Assembly (NCBI GenBank): GCA_046290465.1
Contig: JBKAGP010000001.1
Span: 5,856,001 to 5,920,000 of the forward strand
DNA length: 64,000 nucleotides
From: Planctomycetota bacterium
Lineage (GTDB): Bacteria; Planctomycetota; UBA1135; UBA2386
Direction: 5' to 3'
In this document: positions 38,484-48,219 of the stretch, piece after piece
Layout: every line of letters begins with the position of its first letter
Numbering within the stretch: position 1 is the stretch's first letter
Notes under the pieces: generated by a model
The model's database searches: none
Seen by the model: the letters and a program-made list of their open reading frames with translations, nothing else
Told to the model about the DNA's origin: nothing
Program-made: the position numbers and the translations under genes

Positions 38484-39707
38484 TCAGCGCGTGCGGCGCG
38501 GCAGGTAGATCGAGTTGACGCGGCGGTAGGTGCCGAAGTTGGCCATCAGCGCGCTCAGCGCGTCGGCGTCGAAGTTGATCGTCGCGTAGTCGCTGGCGCC
38601 CTGCAGCGTCATGTTGCCGGTCACCACGACCGAGCCGTTGATCTCGCTCGGCGCGCGCATCGTGAAGTTGCCGTCGACGTAGAGCATGCCGCTGAACAGC
38701 GAGTTGTTGCCCGAGTTCATCGTCATGTTGCCGTTGACGACGATCAGCCCCGAGCCGGTCAGCGGCAGCGCCGAGTCGATGTTGAAGGTCGATCCGAGGT
38801 CGACGATGATCAGCGCGTTGTCCGGCACCGGGTTGGGGAAGTCCGCTTGGTTGGTGACGACCATGTCGGCCATCGACGACAGCTCGGCGAACGTCAGCCC
38901 GAACACGGCCTCGTAGCTGTCGTCGTAGGTCGTGCCGCCGGACAGCCCGGGCGTGCCGGTGACGCGGTTCTGGTTGCTCGGCCCGGTCGTCGGGGTACCC
39001 GATCCCTGCGGGTAGTAGATGCCCGCCATGTCGCCGCCGACTACACGGCCATTGGTGTTGATGTGGCACGAGTTGCCGTCGGCCACGTTGATCGCCGCCT
39101 GGCCCGGCAGGTTGATCACCGCGCGCAGCACGTCGGTCTCGGTCATCTCGGTCGCCAGCACGACGTTCGGCTCGACGTTGAAGTCGACGTTCTCGTCGAA
39201 GCGGCGGTAGACGTAGCCGACGCTGCGCAGGCGCCACGCGGTGCCGGCGCTGCCGCCGGCCTTCGGCGCCGAGATGTCGTTGCACTCGAACTGCTGCCGC
39301 CACGCCAGGCGGTCGGGGTCCGGGTCGGCGTCCCACTCCTTCCAGACCTCGTAGCGGGCCCAGAGGTTGCCCGACACCTGGAAGTCGCGCACCAGGCCGA
39401 TGTCGGGGTCGTCGGTGTCGAGCACCTGCGGGATTGCCACCGTGTCGAGCACCGGTTCGAAGGCGGTGACCGGTTGCGAGGTCTGCCGGCGCAGCCAGCT
39501 CAACCCCTCGGTCAGCCCCGAACGTGCCGCCATCACCGCCTGGTAGTTGGTGATGAACAAGGTCCGGTTCTGCGTGATCTGCGACTTCAGGGTCAGCGTG
39601 CCCGTGAGCACGATCCCGACCACGACCGTCGTGAACATCAGCGCGAAGATCAGGGCCGTACCGCTCTCGCCGTCGCGGTGGCCTTCCTGACGATGGTTGT
39701 CCTGCAT
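38484..39707 (-). CDS. PilX/pseudopilin-like protein with class III signal and beta-solenoid-like C-terminus
   Basis: ESG/TALIFALMFTTVVVGIV prepilin-like N-terminus; AARSG motif; G-x-I/L-x-V-x-G-N repeats near the C-terminus. Confidence 0.7.
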   Translation of the reverse strand: MQDNHRQEGHRDGESGTALIFALMFTTVVVGIVLTGTLTLKSQITQNRTLFITNYQAVMAARSGLTEGLSWLRRQTSQPVTAFEPVLDTVAIPQVLDTDDPDIGLVRDFQVSGNLWARYEVWKEWDADPDPDRLAWRQQFECNDISAPKAGGSAGTAWRLRSVGYVYRRFDENVDFNVEPNVVLATEMTETDVLRAVINLPGQAAINVADGNSCHINTNGRVVGGDMAGIYYPQGSGTPTTGPSNQNRVTGTPGLSGGTTYDDSYEAVFGLTFAELSSMADMVVTNQADFPNPVPDNALIIVDLGSTFNIDSALPLTGSGLIVVNGNMTMNSGNNSLFSGMLYVDGNFTMRAPSEINGSVVVTGNMTLQGASDYATINFDADALSALMANFGTYRRVNSIYLPRRTR

Positions 39708-39729
39708 ACAGACCTCAGCTGTGTCGGGC

Positions 39730-39757
39730 TTATCGACACCGGCGGGTCCGAGCTTGT
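39730..39757 (-). promoter_or_regulatory. sigma28-like promoter upstream of the PilX-like gene
   Basis: Minus strand ACAAG-N15-GTCGATAA, same spacing as the flagellin promoter. Confidence 0.6.
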
Positions 39758-39826
39758 GGGCGATCTCGTGACGGTACCGATTCGAGCCGCGTGCATCGCG
39801 GCGGCGAGCCGGCATGATGTGCGCGC

Positions 39827-40843
39827 GTGAGCCACGACGCCGACAGCACCGAACGGTCCACCGGGCACACCGCCGCGGCGCTGCTGTCGTTCGTGGTCGC
39901 CGTCGGCCTGCTCGGGGCCAAGTTCTGGGCCTATTGGCGGACCGGCTCGCAGGCGATCTTCGGCGACGCGCTCGAGTCGATCGTCAACGTGTTCGCGGCG
40001 CTGGTCGCGCTGAGCGTGCTGCGCTACGCCGTCCGGCCGGCCGACCGCGACCATCCCTACGGCCACGGCAAGATCGAGTTCTTCTCGGCGGCGTTCGAGG
40101 GCGGACTGATCTTCTGTGCGGCGCTGGTGATCCTGTGGCAGGCCGGCGATGCGTTCGTGCGCGGGGCGATGCCGCGCGAGCTCGACTTCGGCGTGCTGGT
40201 GACGTTCGTCGCCGGTCTGGTCAACGGCCTGCTCGGCCTGTTCCTGGTCCGCTACGGCACCCGCCACGGTTCGCCGGCGCTGGTCGCCGACGGCCAGCAC
40301 GTGCTGTCGGACTTCTGGACCAGCGTCGGCGTCGTGCTCGGCCTGATCGTCGTCAGGCTGACCGGGATCGCGTGGCTCGATCCGGCGATCGCCGCGGTGA
40401 TGATGGTCTGGCTGCTGATCACCGGCTGGCGGATCGTCAGGCGCGCGATCGGCGGCCTGCTCGACGCCGAGGACCCCGAACTGCTGGCGACGGTCGTCGA
40501 CGGCCTCAGCGATCGCTTCGGCGACGGCGTGATCCGGGTGCACCACCTGCGCGCGATCCGCGCCGGCAGCTTCGTGCACATCAGTGCGCACCTGGTGGTG
40601 CCGGAGTTCTGGAGCGTGCAGCGCGCGCACGACCTCGCCGAGGCGCTCGGCGAGCACGTCGCGACGACGCTGCCCCGCGACGCCGCGGTCGACTTCCACA
40701 CCGACCCGTGCGAACGCACGTGGTGCGCGATGTGCGACCTCGAGGAGTGCAGCGTGCGGCAGCAGCCGTTCGCGCGGCTCGAGCCGCTGACCGTCGACGA
40801 GGCGGTGCGGCCGGACGACGCCGTGCACCTGAACGAACCGTAG
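39827..40843 (+). CDS. Cation diffusion facilitator (FieF-like) transporter
   Basis: DALESIVN, PADRDHPYGHGKIE, ADGQHVLSD and Cys-rich C-terminal tail. Confidence 0.93.
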   Translation: MSHDADSTERSTGHTAAALLSFVVAVGLLGAKFWAYWRTGSQAIFGDALESIVNVFAALVALSVLRYAVRPADRDHPYGHGKIEFFSAAFEGGLIFCAALVILWQAGDAFVRGAMPRELDFGVLVTFVAGLVNGLLGLFLVRYGTRHGSPALVADGQHVLSDFWTSVGVVLGLIVVRLTGIAWLDPAIAAVMMVWLLITGWRIVRRAIGGLLDAEDPELLATVVDGLSDRFGDGVIRVHHLRAIRAGSFVHISAHLVVPEFWSVQRAHDLAEALGEHVATTLPRDAAVDFHTDPCERTWCAMCDLEECSVRQQPFARLEPLTVDEAVRPDDAVHLNEP

Positions 40844-40879
40844 GGATCCGGCTCGGGTCGGCTACGGTGGGGCGGCCCC

Positions 40880-40911
40880 GCCCTGGTCGAATGGGGCCCT
40901 GGTCGAATGGG
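40880..40911 (+). repeat. Perfect 16-bp tandem duplication GCCCTGGTCGAATGGG x2
   Basis: Read directly in the intergenic region. Confidence 0.9.
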
Positions 40912-40919
40912 ATCGGGAC

Positions 40920-40956
40920 AAATAAAACCCGGTGGGCGCCGTCCTACGCGCCCACC
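40920..40956. terminator. 9-bp GC hairpin with adjacent A-tract
   Basis: GGTGGGCGC/GCGCCCACC stem preceded by AAATAAAA (U-rich on the minus strand). Confidence 0.45.
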
Positions 40957-40963
40957 CTCCGAC

Positions 40964-42868
40964 ATGCCCCTCACCGCACCGCAAGCCCTCGAACGCTTCC
41001 GCCGCCGACTGCGGGCCGCCGCGTTCGTCAAGGGCGCGGCGGTCGGGCTGTTCGCGGCGGCGGCGCTCTGCGCGGCCGCGCTGCTCGGCGCCCGGCTCGG
41101 CGAGGTGGCGCTGCCGACGTTCGCCAGCGGCTCTGCGCTGTGGGCGGCGGTCGCGGCCGTCGGCCTGCTCGCCGGTCTGCTGTCGCTGCCGGGCTCGCTG
41201 CTGGGCCCACGCGTCGACGACGACCTGGCGGTCGAGCACCTGGAGGCGCGGCTCGGCACCGACGGCCTGCTGCTGGCGGCGGTCGACGGCGTCGAACTCG
41301 AGCCAGCCTGGCGCGCGCGCCTCGAACGGCACCTCGAGCGGACCGACACAGCGCTGCCCGGCATCGCGTGGCGCAGCCTGTGGCTGCGGCCCTGCTGTGC
41401 GCTGCTGGTGCTCGGCGCGATGCAGCTGCTGCCGCCGATCGAACCGCCGCCGGCCCCGGTCGAGGCCGCCTCGATCCAGGTCCAACGGCTCGCCGAGCAG
41501 ATCGAGCAGCTGGCACAGCGCACCCAGTTCGACGGCACGGCTGCCGCCGAGTTGCGCGAGCAGGTCGGCGACCTGCAGCGGCGCGTCGCGGCGGGCGAGA
41601 CCGGCGTCTGGCGCGACCTCGACCAGCTGGCCGAACGCGTCGACCGCGAGCGCCGGCTGGCCGGCCTCGAGCCGCAGCCACCGGGCGGCGGTGCGGCGCG
41701 GGAGCAGGGCGGCGGCAGCGCCGCGACCAGCGGCGGCGAGCCCGAGGTCGGCGGTGCGGCGGCCGCGCCCGAGGCCGGAGCGCTCGCCAACGGCCTCGAG
41801 CAACTGGCGGCCGCCGATCCCGACCAGTTCGGCGAGCTGCTCGCCGGTCTGCCGGAGGGCCTGCAGGAACAGGTCGCCGCGGCGCTCGGTGCCGACGGCA
41901 ACGTCGATCCCGAACGGCTGCCGGCCGACGAACAGGGCCGCGACCAGCTCGGCGCGGCGCTCGGCGAGGCGGCGAAGGCCGCGCTCGAAGGCCTCGAGCC
42001 GCAGCGCGCCGCCGAGATGGCGGACCAGCTCGCCGGCCTGGCGCAGGAGTTCCTCGGTGGCGATGGGGCCGTCGACACCCAGCAGCTCACCGACAAGGTC
42101 GCCGAGGCCGCGTCGCAGCTGACCGACCTCGGCCTGCTCGAGGCGATGCCGGAGTTCCTGCAGGAGGCGCTGTTGAAGGCGGCGATCGAGACCGGCCTGT
42201 CCGGGATCCAGGACGTCGACCTCGACAAGCTCAAGCAGCTGCTGCCTGACGATCTCAGCGAACTCGAGGACCTCGCACGCAAGGTGGCCGAGCTGGCCGA
42301 AGGTGCGAGCGGCGGCGAGCAGCCGTCCTCGCCGTCGCTGCCCGATCTGTCGAAGCTGGCGCCGGAGACGAAGCGGCAGCTCGCGGGTCTGGCCGAAGGA
42401 CTGCGCGAGCAGTTCGGCGCGGGCGGGTCGCGTGGCGGCGGCAGTGGCGGCGACCAGCGTGGCGGCGACCAGCGTGGCGGCGAGCAGAGCGGCGGCAACC
42501 AGGCCGTTGCCGGCGCGGCAGCCAGCAACGATCCCGGCGCGGCCGGTCCGGGACCGGGCGACGCCTCGGCGCTGGCCGGTGCGGCCGGCGGCCACGATGC
42601 GCTGCGCATGACCGAGCAGACCGAGGGCGGCGGCGGAACGCGCGAGTTCGTGCTGCCCGGTCGCGATCCGGTGGAGGATCCGTTGCCCGGCGAGTGGACG
42701 CCGGTCTCGGTCGAGAAGGCGGCCCCCGAGGTCGCGGCGGCAGAGCCCGCCGGGCCCGGCAGCGACGGCGCGACCGCGAAGGGCACGCCGACCTGGCAAC
42801 TGCGGTTGATGCCGCGGCACCGCGACGTGGTGCGACGGTTCTTCGCGGACAAGAAGAAGAAGCAATGA
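40964..42868 (+). CDS. Membrane-anchored coiled-coil / Gly-rich hypothetical protein, first gene of MoxR operon
   Basis: N-terminal TM helices; C-terminal PRHRDVVRRFF motif typical of MoxR-associated proteins. Confidence 0.75.
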   Translation: MPLTAPQALERFRRRLRAAAFVKGAAVGLFAAAALCAAALLGARLGEVALPTFASGSALWAAVAAVGLLAGLLSLPGSLLGPRVDDDLAVEHLEARLGTDGLLLAAVDGVELEPAWRARLERHLERTDTALPGIAWRSLWLRPCCALLVLGAMQLLPPIEPPPAPVEAASIQVQRLAEQIEQLAQRTQFDGTAAAELREQVGDLQRRVAAGETGVWRDLDQLAERVDRERRLAGLEPQPPGGGAAREQGGGSAATSGGEPEVGGAAAAPEAGALANGLEQLAAADPDQFGELLAGLPEGLQEQVAAALGADGNVDPERLPADEQGRDQLGAALGEAAKAALEGLEPQRAAEMADQLAGLAQEFLGGDGAVDTQQLTDKVAEAASQLTDLGLLEAMPEFLQEALLKAAIETGLSGIQDVDLDKLKQLLPDDLSELEDLARKVAELAEGASGGEQPSSPSLPDLSKLAPETKRQLAGLAEGLREQFGAGGSRGGGSGGDQRGGDQRGGEQSGGNQAVAGAAASNDPGAAGPGPGDASALAGAAGGHDALRMTEQTEGGGGTREFVLPGRDPVEDPLPGEWTPVSVEKAAPEVAAAEPAGPGSDGATAKGTPTWQLRLMPRHRDVVRRFFADKKKKQ

Positions 42869-43881
42869 CGACGATGTTGACGGCCGAACAGGTCGGGCGC
42901 GGGCAGCAGCTGCTGTCGGCGATCCGCGACGGCGCGAACGCGGTGCTGCTCGGCCAGAACGACCTGGTCGAGCTGTGCCTGATCGCGCTGTGCGCGCGCG
43001 GACACCTGCTGCTCGAGGGCCAGCCGGGCCTCGGCAAGACCGAACTGGTCAAGGCGCTGGCGAGGCTCACCTCGCTGGACTTCAAGCGCCTGCAGTTCAC
43101 GCCGGACCTGCTGCCGAGCGACATCACCGGCGGGCCGATCCTGCAGGAGCACGGCGGCGAGCGCCGGCTGGTGTTCCGGCCGGGGCCGCTGTTCGCCAAC
43201 CTGGTGCTCGCCGACGAGATCAACCGCAGCTCGCCGAAGACGCAGTCGGCGCTGCTCGAGGGCATGCAGGAACGTTCGGTCACGGTGCTCGGCGAGACCC
43301 ACGCGCTGCCGCGGCCGTTCTTCGTGCTGGCGACGCAGAACCCGATCGAACTCGAGGGCACCTACCCGCTGCCGGAGGCGCAGCTCGACCGCTTCCTGTT
43401 CAAGGTCGAGGTGCCGCCGCTCGACGCCGACACGATGGCGACGATCCTGACCAGCCGCCGCCGCGGCGAGCCGCCCGCGGTCGACGCCGCGGTGGCGGCT
43501 GGCGAACTCGACGAACTGTTCGCGCTGGTCGACCAGGTGTTCCTGCCCAACGCGATCGCCAGCTACATCGCGCGGCTGGTCGCCGCGACCCACCCGGACC
43601 GGGCTTCGGCGCCGGCGCACGTGCGCGAGGCGGTCCGCTACGGTGCGTCGCCCCGCGCGGCGATCGCGATCGGCGAGGCGGCGCGCGCTGCGGCACTGCT
43701 CGCCGGCCGGCCGAACGTCGACTTCCAAGACGTCGAGCGCGTCGCGGTCGCGGCGCTGGCGCACCGCCTGGTGCTGCAGCACAGCGCGGTGGTCTCCGGC
43801 ACGACCGCGCGCGCGACCGTCGAACAGCTGCTGCAGGACGTGCCTGCCGTGGCGCGGCCGCTGCCGGAGGAAGTGCAGTGA
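42865..43881 (+). CDS. moxR: MoxR-family AAA+ ATPase
   Basis: HLLLEGQPGLGKT, RLQFTPDLLPSDITG, LADEINR and ATQNPIELEGTYPLPEAQLDRF. Confidence 0.96.
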   Translation: MTTMLTAEQVGRGQQLLSAIRDGANAVLLGQNDLVELCLIALCARGHLLLEGQPGLGKTELVKALARLTSLDFKRLQFTPDLLPSDITGGPILQEHGGERRLVFRPGPLFANLVLADEINRSSPKTQSALLEGMQERSVTVLGETHALPRPFFVLATQNPIELEGTYPLPEAQLDRFLFKVEVPPLDADTMATILTSRRRGEPPAVDAAVAAGELDELFALVDQVFLPNAIASYIARLVAATHPDRASAPAHVREAVRYGASPRAAIAIGEAARAAALLAGRPNVDFQDVERVAVAALAHRLVLQHSAVVSGTTARATVEQLLQDVPAVARPLPEEVQ

Positions 43882-45578
43882 TGCGACCACTCGTGAGGGC
43901 ACTGCTGCTCGGCCTGGTCGTGCTCGGTTCGATCCGTTCGCAGGACGTGCACGTCGTGCATGCCGACGAGAACGGCGTCGAAGCGGTGCGCCTCGAGGCG
44001 TTCGTCTCGGGTGGCAGCGAACGCGGCGTCGGCCTCGGCTGGATCCGGTTCGAGCTCGAGAACCTGTCCGAACGCGCCTACGCGATCTCGGTCGAACTGT
44101 CGTCGCGCCGCTTCTCGCGCAACGACGTCGCCACCCGCAAGGGGGTCACGCTCGAGGCCCACGGCCGCAGCAGCTTCTTCCTGCCGGTCACGGTGCCGCC
44201 GGACTCCGGGCGGGTGGTCGTCGAGGTCGACGGCAGCCAGTACGAGGCCGGCATCAACTTCGCGCGCGGTCGCGGCCACGTCGGGTTGTTCGTGTCGGAC
44301 CAGTCGGGCACCGGTTCGTTCGGGCTCGCGGTGCTCGAAGCGATGCCGTCGGACACGGCGAACCCCAAGCCGTACGTGACGGGCAGCGACGCGCTGCCGG
44401 CCGACTGGCGCTTCTTCACGTCGTTCTCGGCGGTCGTCGTCGACGGCCGCGCGCGGCTCGGGGCCGAGGTGCAGGACGCACTGCGGCGCTACGCGTACGT
44501 CGGTGGCAGGGTGGTCGTGGCCACGCCGTCGCTGCTGCCGGCCGGACCGCTGCGCGACGCCGTCGGCGATCGCGCCGGGGTGCGCGACCACGGCATGGGC
44601 CAGCTGGCCGCGATCGGCGCGCTCGGCGGTGACACTACCCGGATGCGGCAGGTGCTCGCCGAGATGCGCCGGCTCGGCGACGGCGTGTGGCCGGCGCCGT
44701 ACGACCTGTTTGCCGAACAGGACATCGCCGGCCTCGGCAAGGCGCCGGTGACGGCGTTCCTGCTGGTGATCCTGCTGTTCGCGATCCTGGTCGGGCCGGT
44801 CAACTTCTGGGTGCTCAAGAAGCGCAAGCAGCCGCTGCTGGCGCTCGTCACGGTGCCGGTGCTCGGCTTCGGCACGACGTTCGTGATCCTCACCTACGGG
44901 ATCTTCCACGACGGCTTCGGGGTGCGCGGGGTGACCCGCAGCTGGACGCTGCTGGACCAGGTCGAGCACGAGGGCGCGACGATCAGCGCGCGCACGCTGT
45001 TCGCCGGTCTCGCGCCGAGCGACCTGACGACCGAGCAGCAGTCGATGGTGCTGTCGGGGCGCGCCGGCCTCAGTCGTCGCGACGGGCCGGATCGCTGGCA
45101 CTGGGACGGCGACCGCGGCGTGCTCGGCGGTGGCGTGCTGCCGTCGCGCACGATCACGCCGCTGCTGTCGGCGCAGCAGGGGCCCGTGCGCGAACGGCTG
45201 ACCGTGCGCCGCAGCGGCGACGCGCTCGAAGTGCTCGCCGACGGTGGCCTGAAGCCGGTCGGCAACATGGTGCTGCGCGACCTCGACGGCGACTACTGGG
45301 CCGGCACCGACGGCCGGCTGACGCGCACCGACGCAGTCGACGGCGCAGCCAAGTTCCTCGGCATGCTGCGCGAGTCACGCCAGGTCCGGGTCGACGCCGG
45401 CGACCGGACCACGCGCCTCGAGCTGCCGGCGGTGCTGCCACGGTGGGGCGCGCGCGGCACCTACGCGACCAAGGTGCAGGCGGCGCCGTGGATCGACGAG
45501 CACGGCATGACGATCGAGTACGACGGCCAGCAACACTGGGTGTTCGGCCGCATGCACAGCCAGGACTTCGTGCAATGA
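43881..45578 (+). CDS. Exported/membrane hypothetical protein
   Basis: Signal peptide; two central TM helices (ILVGPVNFWVL); translationally coupled. Confidence 0.75.
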   Translation: MRPLVRALLLGLVVLGSIRSQDVHVVHADENGVEAVRLEAFVSGGSERGVGLGWIRFELENLSERAYAISVELSSRRFSRNDVATRKGVTLEAHGRSSFFLPVTVPPDSGRVVVEVDGSQYEAGINFARGRGHVGLFVSDQSGTGSFGLAVLEAMPSDTANPKPYVTGSDALPADWRFFTSFSAVVVDGRARLGAEVQDALRRYAYVGGRVVVATPSLLPAGPLRDAVGDRAGVRDHGMGQLAAIGALGGDTTRMRQVLAEMRRLGDGVWPAPYDLFAEQDIAGLGKAPVTAFLLVILLFAILVGPVNFWVLKKRKQPLLALVTVPVLGFGTTFVILTYGIFHDGFGVRGVTRSWTLLDQVEHEGATISARTLFAGLAPSDLTTEQQSMVLSGRAGLSRRDGPDRWHWDGDRGVLGGGVLPSRTITPLLSAQQGPVRERLTVRRSGDALEVLADGGLKPVGNMVLRDLDGDYWAGTDGRLTRTDAVDGAAKFLGMLRESRQVRVDAGDRTTRLELPAVLPRWGARGTYATKVQAAPWIDEHGMTIEYDGQQHWVFGRMHSQDFVQ

Positions 45579-46510
45579 CGGCTCTCCTCGAAGTGCAGAA
45601 CCTCGAGCGTCGCTACGGCAACGTGCGCGCCGTGCAGGACCTGTCGTTCCGGATGGACCACGGCCAGATCATGGGCTTCGTCGGGCCGAACGGCGCCGGC
45701 AAGACCACGACGATGCGGATCGCGGCGACGCTCGACGTGCCCGACGGCGGCGACGTGCGGATCGAAGGCACGTCGGTGCTGGTGGAGCCGCGCCTGGCGC
45801 GCATGCGGATCGGCTACATGTCCGATCAGTTCCACCCGTACCCCAACCTCGACGTGCTGCAGTACCTCGACTTCTTCGCCAGGGCCTACGGCCTGAAGGG
45901 CAAGCAGCGGGTGCGCATGGTCGCCTCGGTCGCCGAGTTCTGCGGGCTGTCGAGCTTCTCGGACCGGCCGGCCACCGGCCTGTCCAAGGGCATGGGCCAG
46001 CGCCTGCACCTGGCCAAGACGCTGCTGCACGATCCGGGCCTGCTGATCCTCGACGAGCCGGCGTCCGGTCTCGACCCGCGCGCGCGCATCGAGTTCCGCG
46101 CCCTGCTCAAGGAGCTGGCCGCCAACGGCAAGGGCATCCTGATCAGTTCGCACATCCTGCCGGAGCTCGGCGAGATGTGCGATTCGGTCGTCGTCATCGA
46201 GAAGGGCCAGCGCATCGTCGCCGGCACGATCGGCGACATCCAGCGCGAGGCGCAGCTCGAGCAGGCGATCGTCGCGCGGGTCGTCACCGACGGCGATGCG
46301 TTCGAGCGCTTCCTGGTGACCCAGCCGATGGTCGGCGAGGTGCTGGTCGACGGCCCGCGGGTGCGGTTCCAGTTCGTCGGCGACGACGAGGACCTGAGCC
46401 AGCTGCTGGCGCGCTGCGTCGAGCAGAAGCTGCCGCTGGTCGAGTTCGCCCGCGCCGAGGCCGACCTCGAAGACATCTTCCTGAAGACCACCAAGGGGAG
46501 GCTGCAGTGA
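45575..46510 (+). CDS. ABC-2-type transporter ATP-binding protein
   Basis: GPNGAGKTT, LSKGMGQR and LDEPASGLDP. Confidence 0.95.
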   Translation: MTALLEVQNLERRYGNVRAVQDLSFRMDHGQIMGFVGPNGAGKTTTMRIAATLDVPDGGDVRIEGTSVLVEPRLARMRIGYMSDQFHPYPNLDVLQYLDFFARAYGLKGKQRVRMVASVAEFCGLSSFSDRPATGLSKGMGQRLHLAKTLLHDPGLLILDEPASGLDPRARIEFRALLKELAANGKGILISSHILPELGEMCDSVVVIEKGQRIVAGTIGDIQREAQLEQAIVARVVTDGDAFERFLVTQPMVGEVLVDGPRVRFQFVGDDEDLSQLLARCVEQKLPLVEFARAEADLEDIFLKTTKGRLQ

Positions 46511-48219
46511 GCGCCGCCGACATTCCCGAGCGGCCGGCGCAGCCGGCCGTGCCGACGACCAGCCTCGGCCCGTTCGCGCGTCTCTCGGACGTGCTCAACC
46601 CGATCCTGGTGCGCGAGGTGCAGCAGGCGATCAAGGGGCGGGTGTTCCCGCTGACGATCCTGGTCGCGCTGGCGATCAGCGTCGTGATCGCGTCGGTGGT
46701 CGCGTCCGACGAGGTCTCGGCGTCGTCCGGACGCCGCGCCTTCGACGCGGGCTTCGCGACGCTGGCGCCGCTGCTGCTGTTCGTGGTGCCGATGCAGGCC
46801 TACAACTCGATGCGCACCGAGCTGAAGGGCGGCATCGTCGAGCAGCTGCTGATGTCGCGGCTGAGTCCGGGCCGGGTGCTGTTCGGCAAGCTGCAGGCGG
46901 CGATGGTGCAGTTCCTGCTGTACGTGTCGATCCTGTCGCCGCTGCTGGCAACCAGCTACCTGCTGCGCGGCGTCGACCTGTTGACGATCGTCGTCAGCCT
47001 GTTCTTCGCGCTGGTGGCGTGCGTCGCGGCGACCGCGTTCGCGGTGTCGTCGGCGGCGCAGGCGGTGGTGCCGGCGCTGCAGCCGATCGCCAACCTCGGC
47101 ATCGCCTTCGGCCTCGGGCTCGCGACGTTCGGCGCGGTCGCCGGGATCGTCGGGGGCGAGTACGCGCAGGGCATGGGCTACCTGCTGCGCAGCAACCAGG
47201 TCGGCATGGTGATCTCGGCGCTGGTGCTGGCCGCGGTCCTGTCGACGACGCTGTCGTGGCTGGCGGCGCGCAGCTACCTGCTGCACACCTTCGAGAACAA
47301 GTCGTCCGGGTTCCGGCTGTTCCTGTGGTCGCTGCCGGTGGTCGGCTACGGGTGGATGCTGGGCTTCGTCGAACCGGGCGACTGGCAGTACGTGTTCCCG
47401 GGCATGTCCGTCGGCCTGGTGTTCGCCGCGATCGCGTTCGGCGTGTTCATGGTGACCGAGCAGCAGGAGTTCTCGCCGCGGGTCTACCACCACGTGCCGG
47501 TCTCGCGCGGGCTGGCGATGCTGGCAACGCCGTTCCTGCCGGGTCGGGACCGCGGCCTGTTGTGCTTCAGTGCGTTCTCGATCGTGCTGCTGCTGGTCGG
47601 TCTGCTGTTCTGGCCCTCGTCCAGCGGCTTCTTCGGGATGGCGCAGCACGCTGGGCGCATCGGCCTGATGGCGCTCGCCTACGGCATGGTCTACCTGCTG
47701 ATCGGGCGCTGGCTGCGCGCGCGTCTGCCGAACACCGTGCAGGCCAGCCAGGCCGGCCGCGTGGTGCTGCCGGTAGTGCTGGTCGTGTTCTGCATCCTGC
47801 CGCTGCTGATCGACGGGCTGACCCGCGCGCGCGGCGTCGACGACTGGCACCTCGGCCACGTCATGAACCCGTTCTGGACCATCTCGCACTTCACCGCGTC
47901 GCGCTGGAACCGCGCGATGCCGTTCGTCGTCGGCGTGCTGATCGTCGCGACGCTGGTGCAGGTGCCGATCTGGTTGCGCGGCATGCGCGAGGTGGCGCAG
48001 GCCTCGGCCGAGCGCCGCACGCGGCGGAGCGGGGCGCTGGCGGATCCGACCGATGGGCGCGAGCCGGCGCACGCTGGTGTGGTGGCTGGCACTGCCCAGC
48101 CGGACACCGTCGAGACGGACATTGCCCAGCCTGACATTGGCGCGCCCAAGATCGCCGAACGGGATGACGCCGAACGGGATGACGCCGAACGGGATGATGC
48201 CGAACGGGGCGATGCCTGA
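46507..48219 (+). CDS. ABC-2-like multi-pass permease
   Basis: NPILVREVQQ, EQLLMSRLSPGRVLFGKL and many TM helices. Confidence 0.8.
   Translation: MSAADIPERPAQPAVPTTSLGPFARLSDVLNPILVREVQQAIKGRVFPLTILVALAISVVIASVVASDEVSASSGRRAFDAGFATLAPLLLFVVPMQAYNSMRTELKGGIVEQLLMSRLSPGRVLFGKLQAAMVQFLLYVSILSPLLATSYLLRGVDLLTIVVSLFFALVACVAATAFAVSSAAQAVVPALQPIANLGIAFGLGLATFGAVAGIVGGEYAQGMGYLLRSNQVGMVISALVLAAVLSTTLSWLAARSYLLHTFENKSSGFRLFLWSLPVVGYGWMLGFVEPGDWQYVFPGMSVGLVFAAIAFGVFMVTEQQEFSPRVYHHVPVSRGLAMLATPFLPGRDRGLLCFSAFSIVLLLVGLLFWPSSSGFFGMAQHAGRIGLMALAYGMVYLLIGRWLRARLPNTVQASQAGRVVLPVVLVVFCILPLLIDGLTRARGVDDWHLGHVMNPFWTISHFTASRWNRAMPFVVGVLIVATLVQVPIWLRGMREVAQASAERRTRRSGALADPTDGREPAHAGVVAGTAQPDTVETDIAQPDIGAPKIAERDDAERDDAERDDAERGDA
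48154..48213 (+). repeat. 15-bp tandem repeat GCCGAACGGGATGAC x4 (degenerate), encodes AERDD
   Basis: Read directly at the permease C-terminus. Confidence 0.9.

Noticed and set aside
48154..48213. CRISPR-like array
   Set aside because: 15-bp head-to-tail in-frame repeats without spacers; no cas genes
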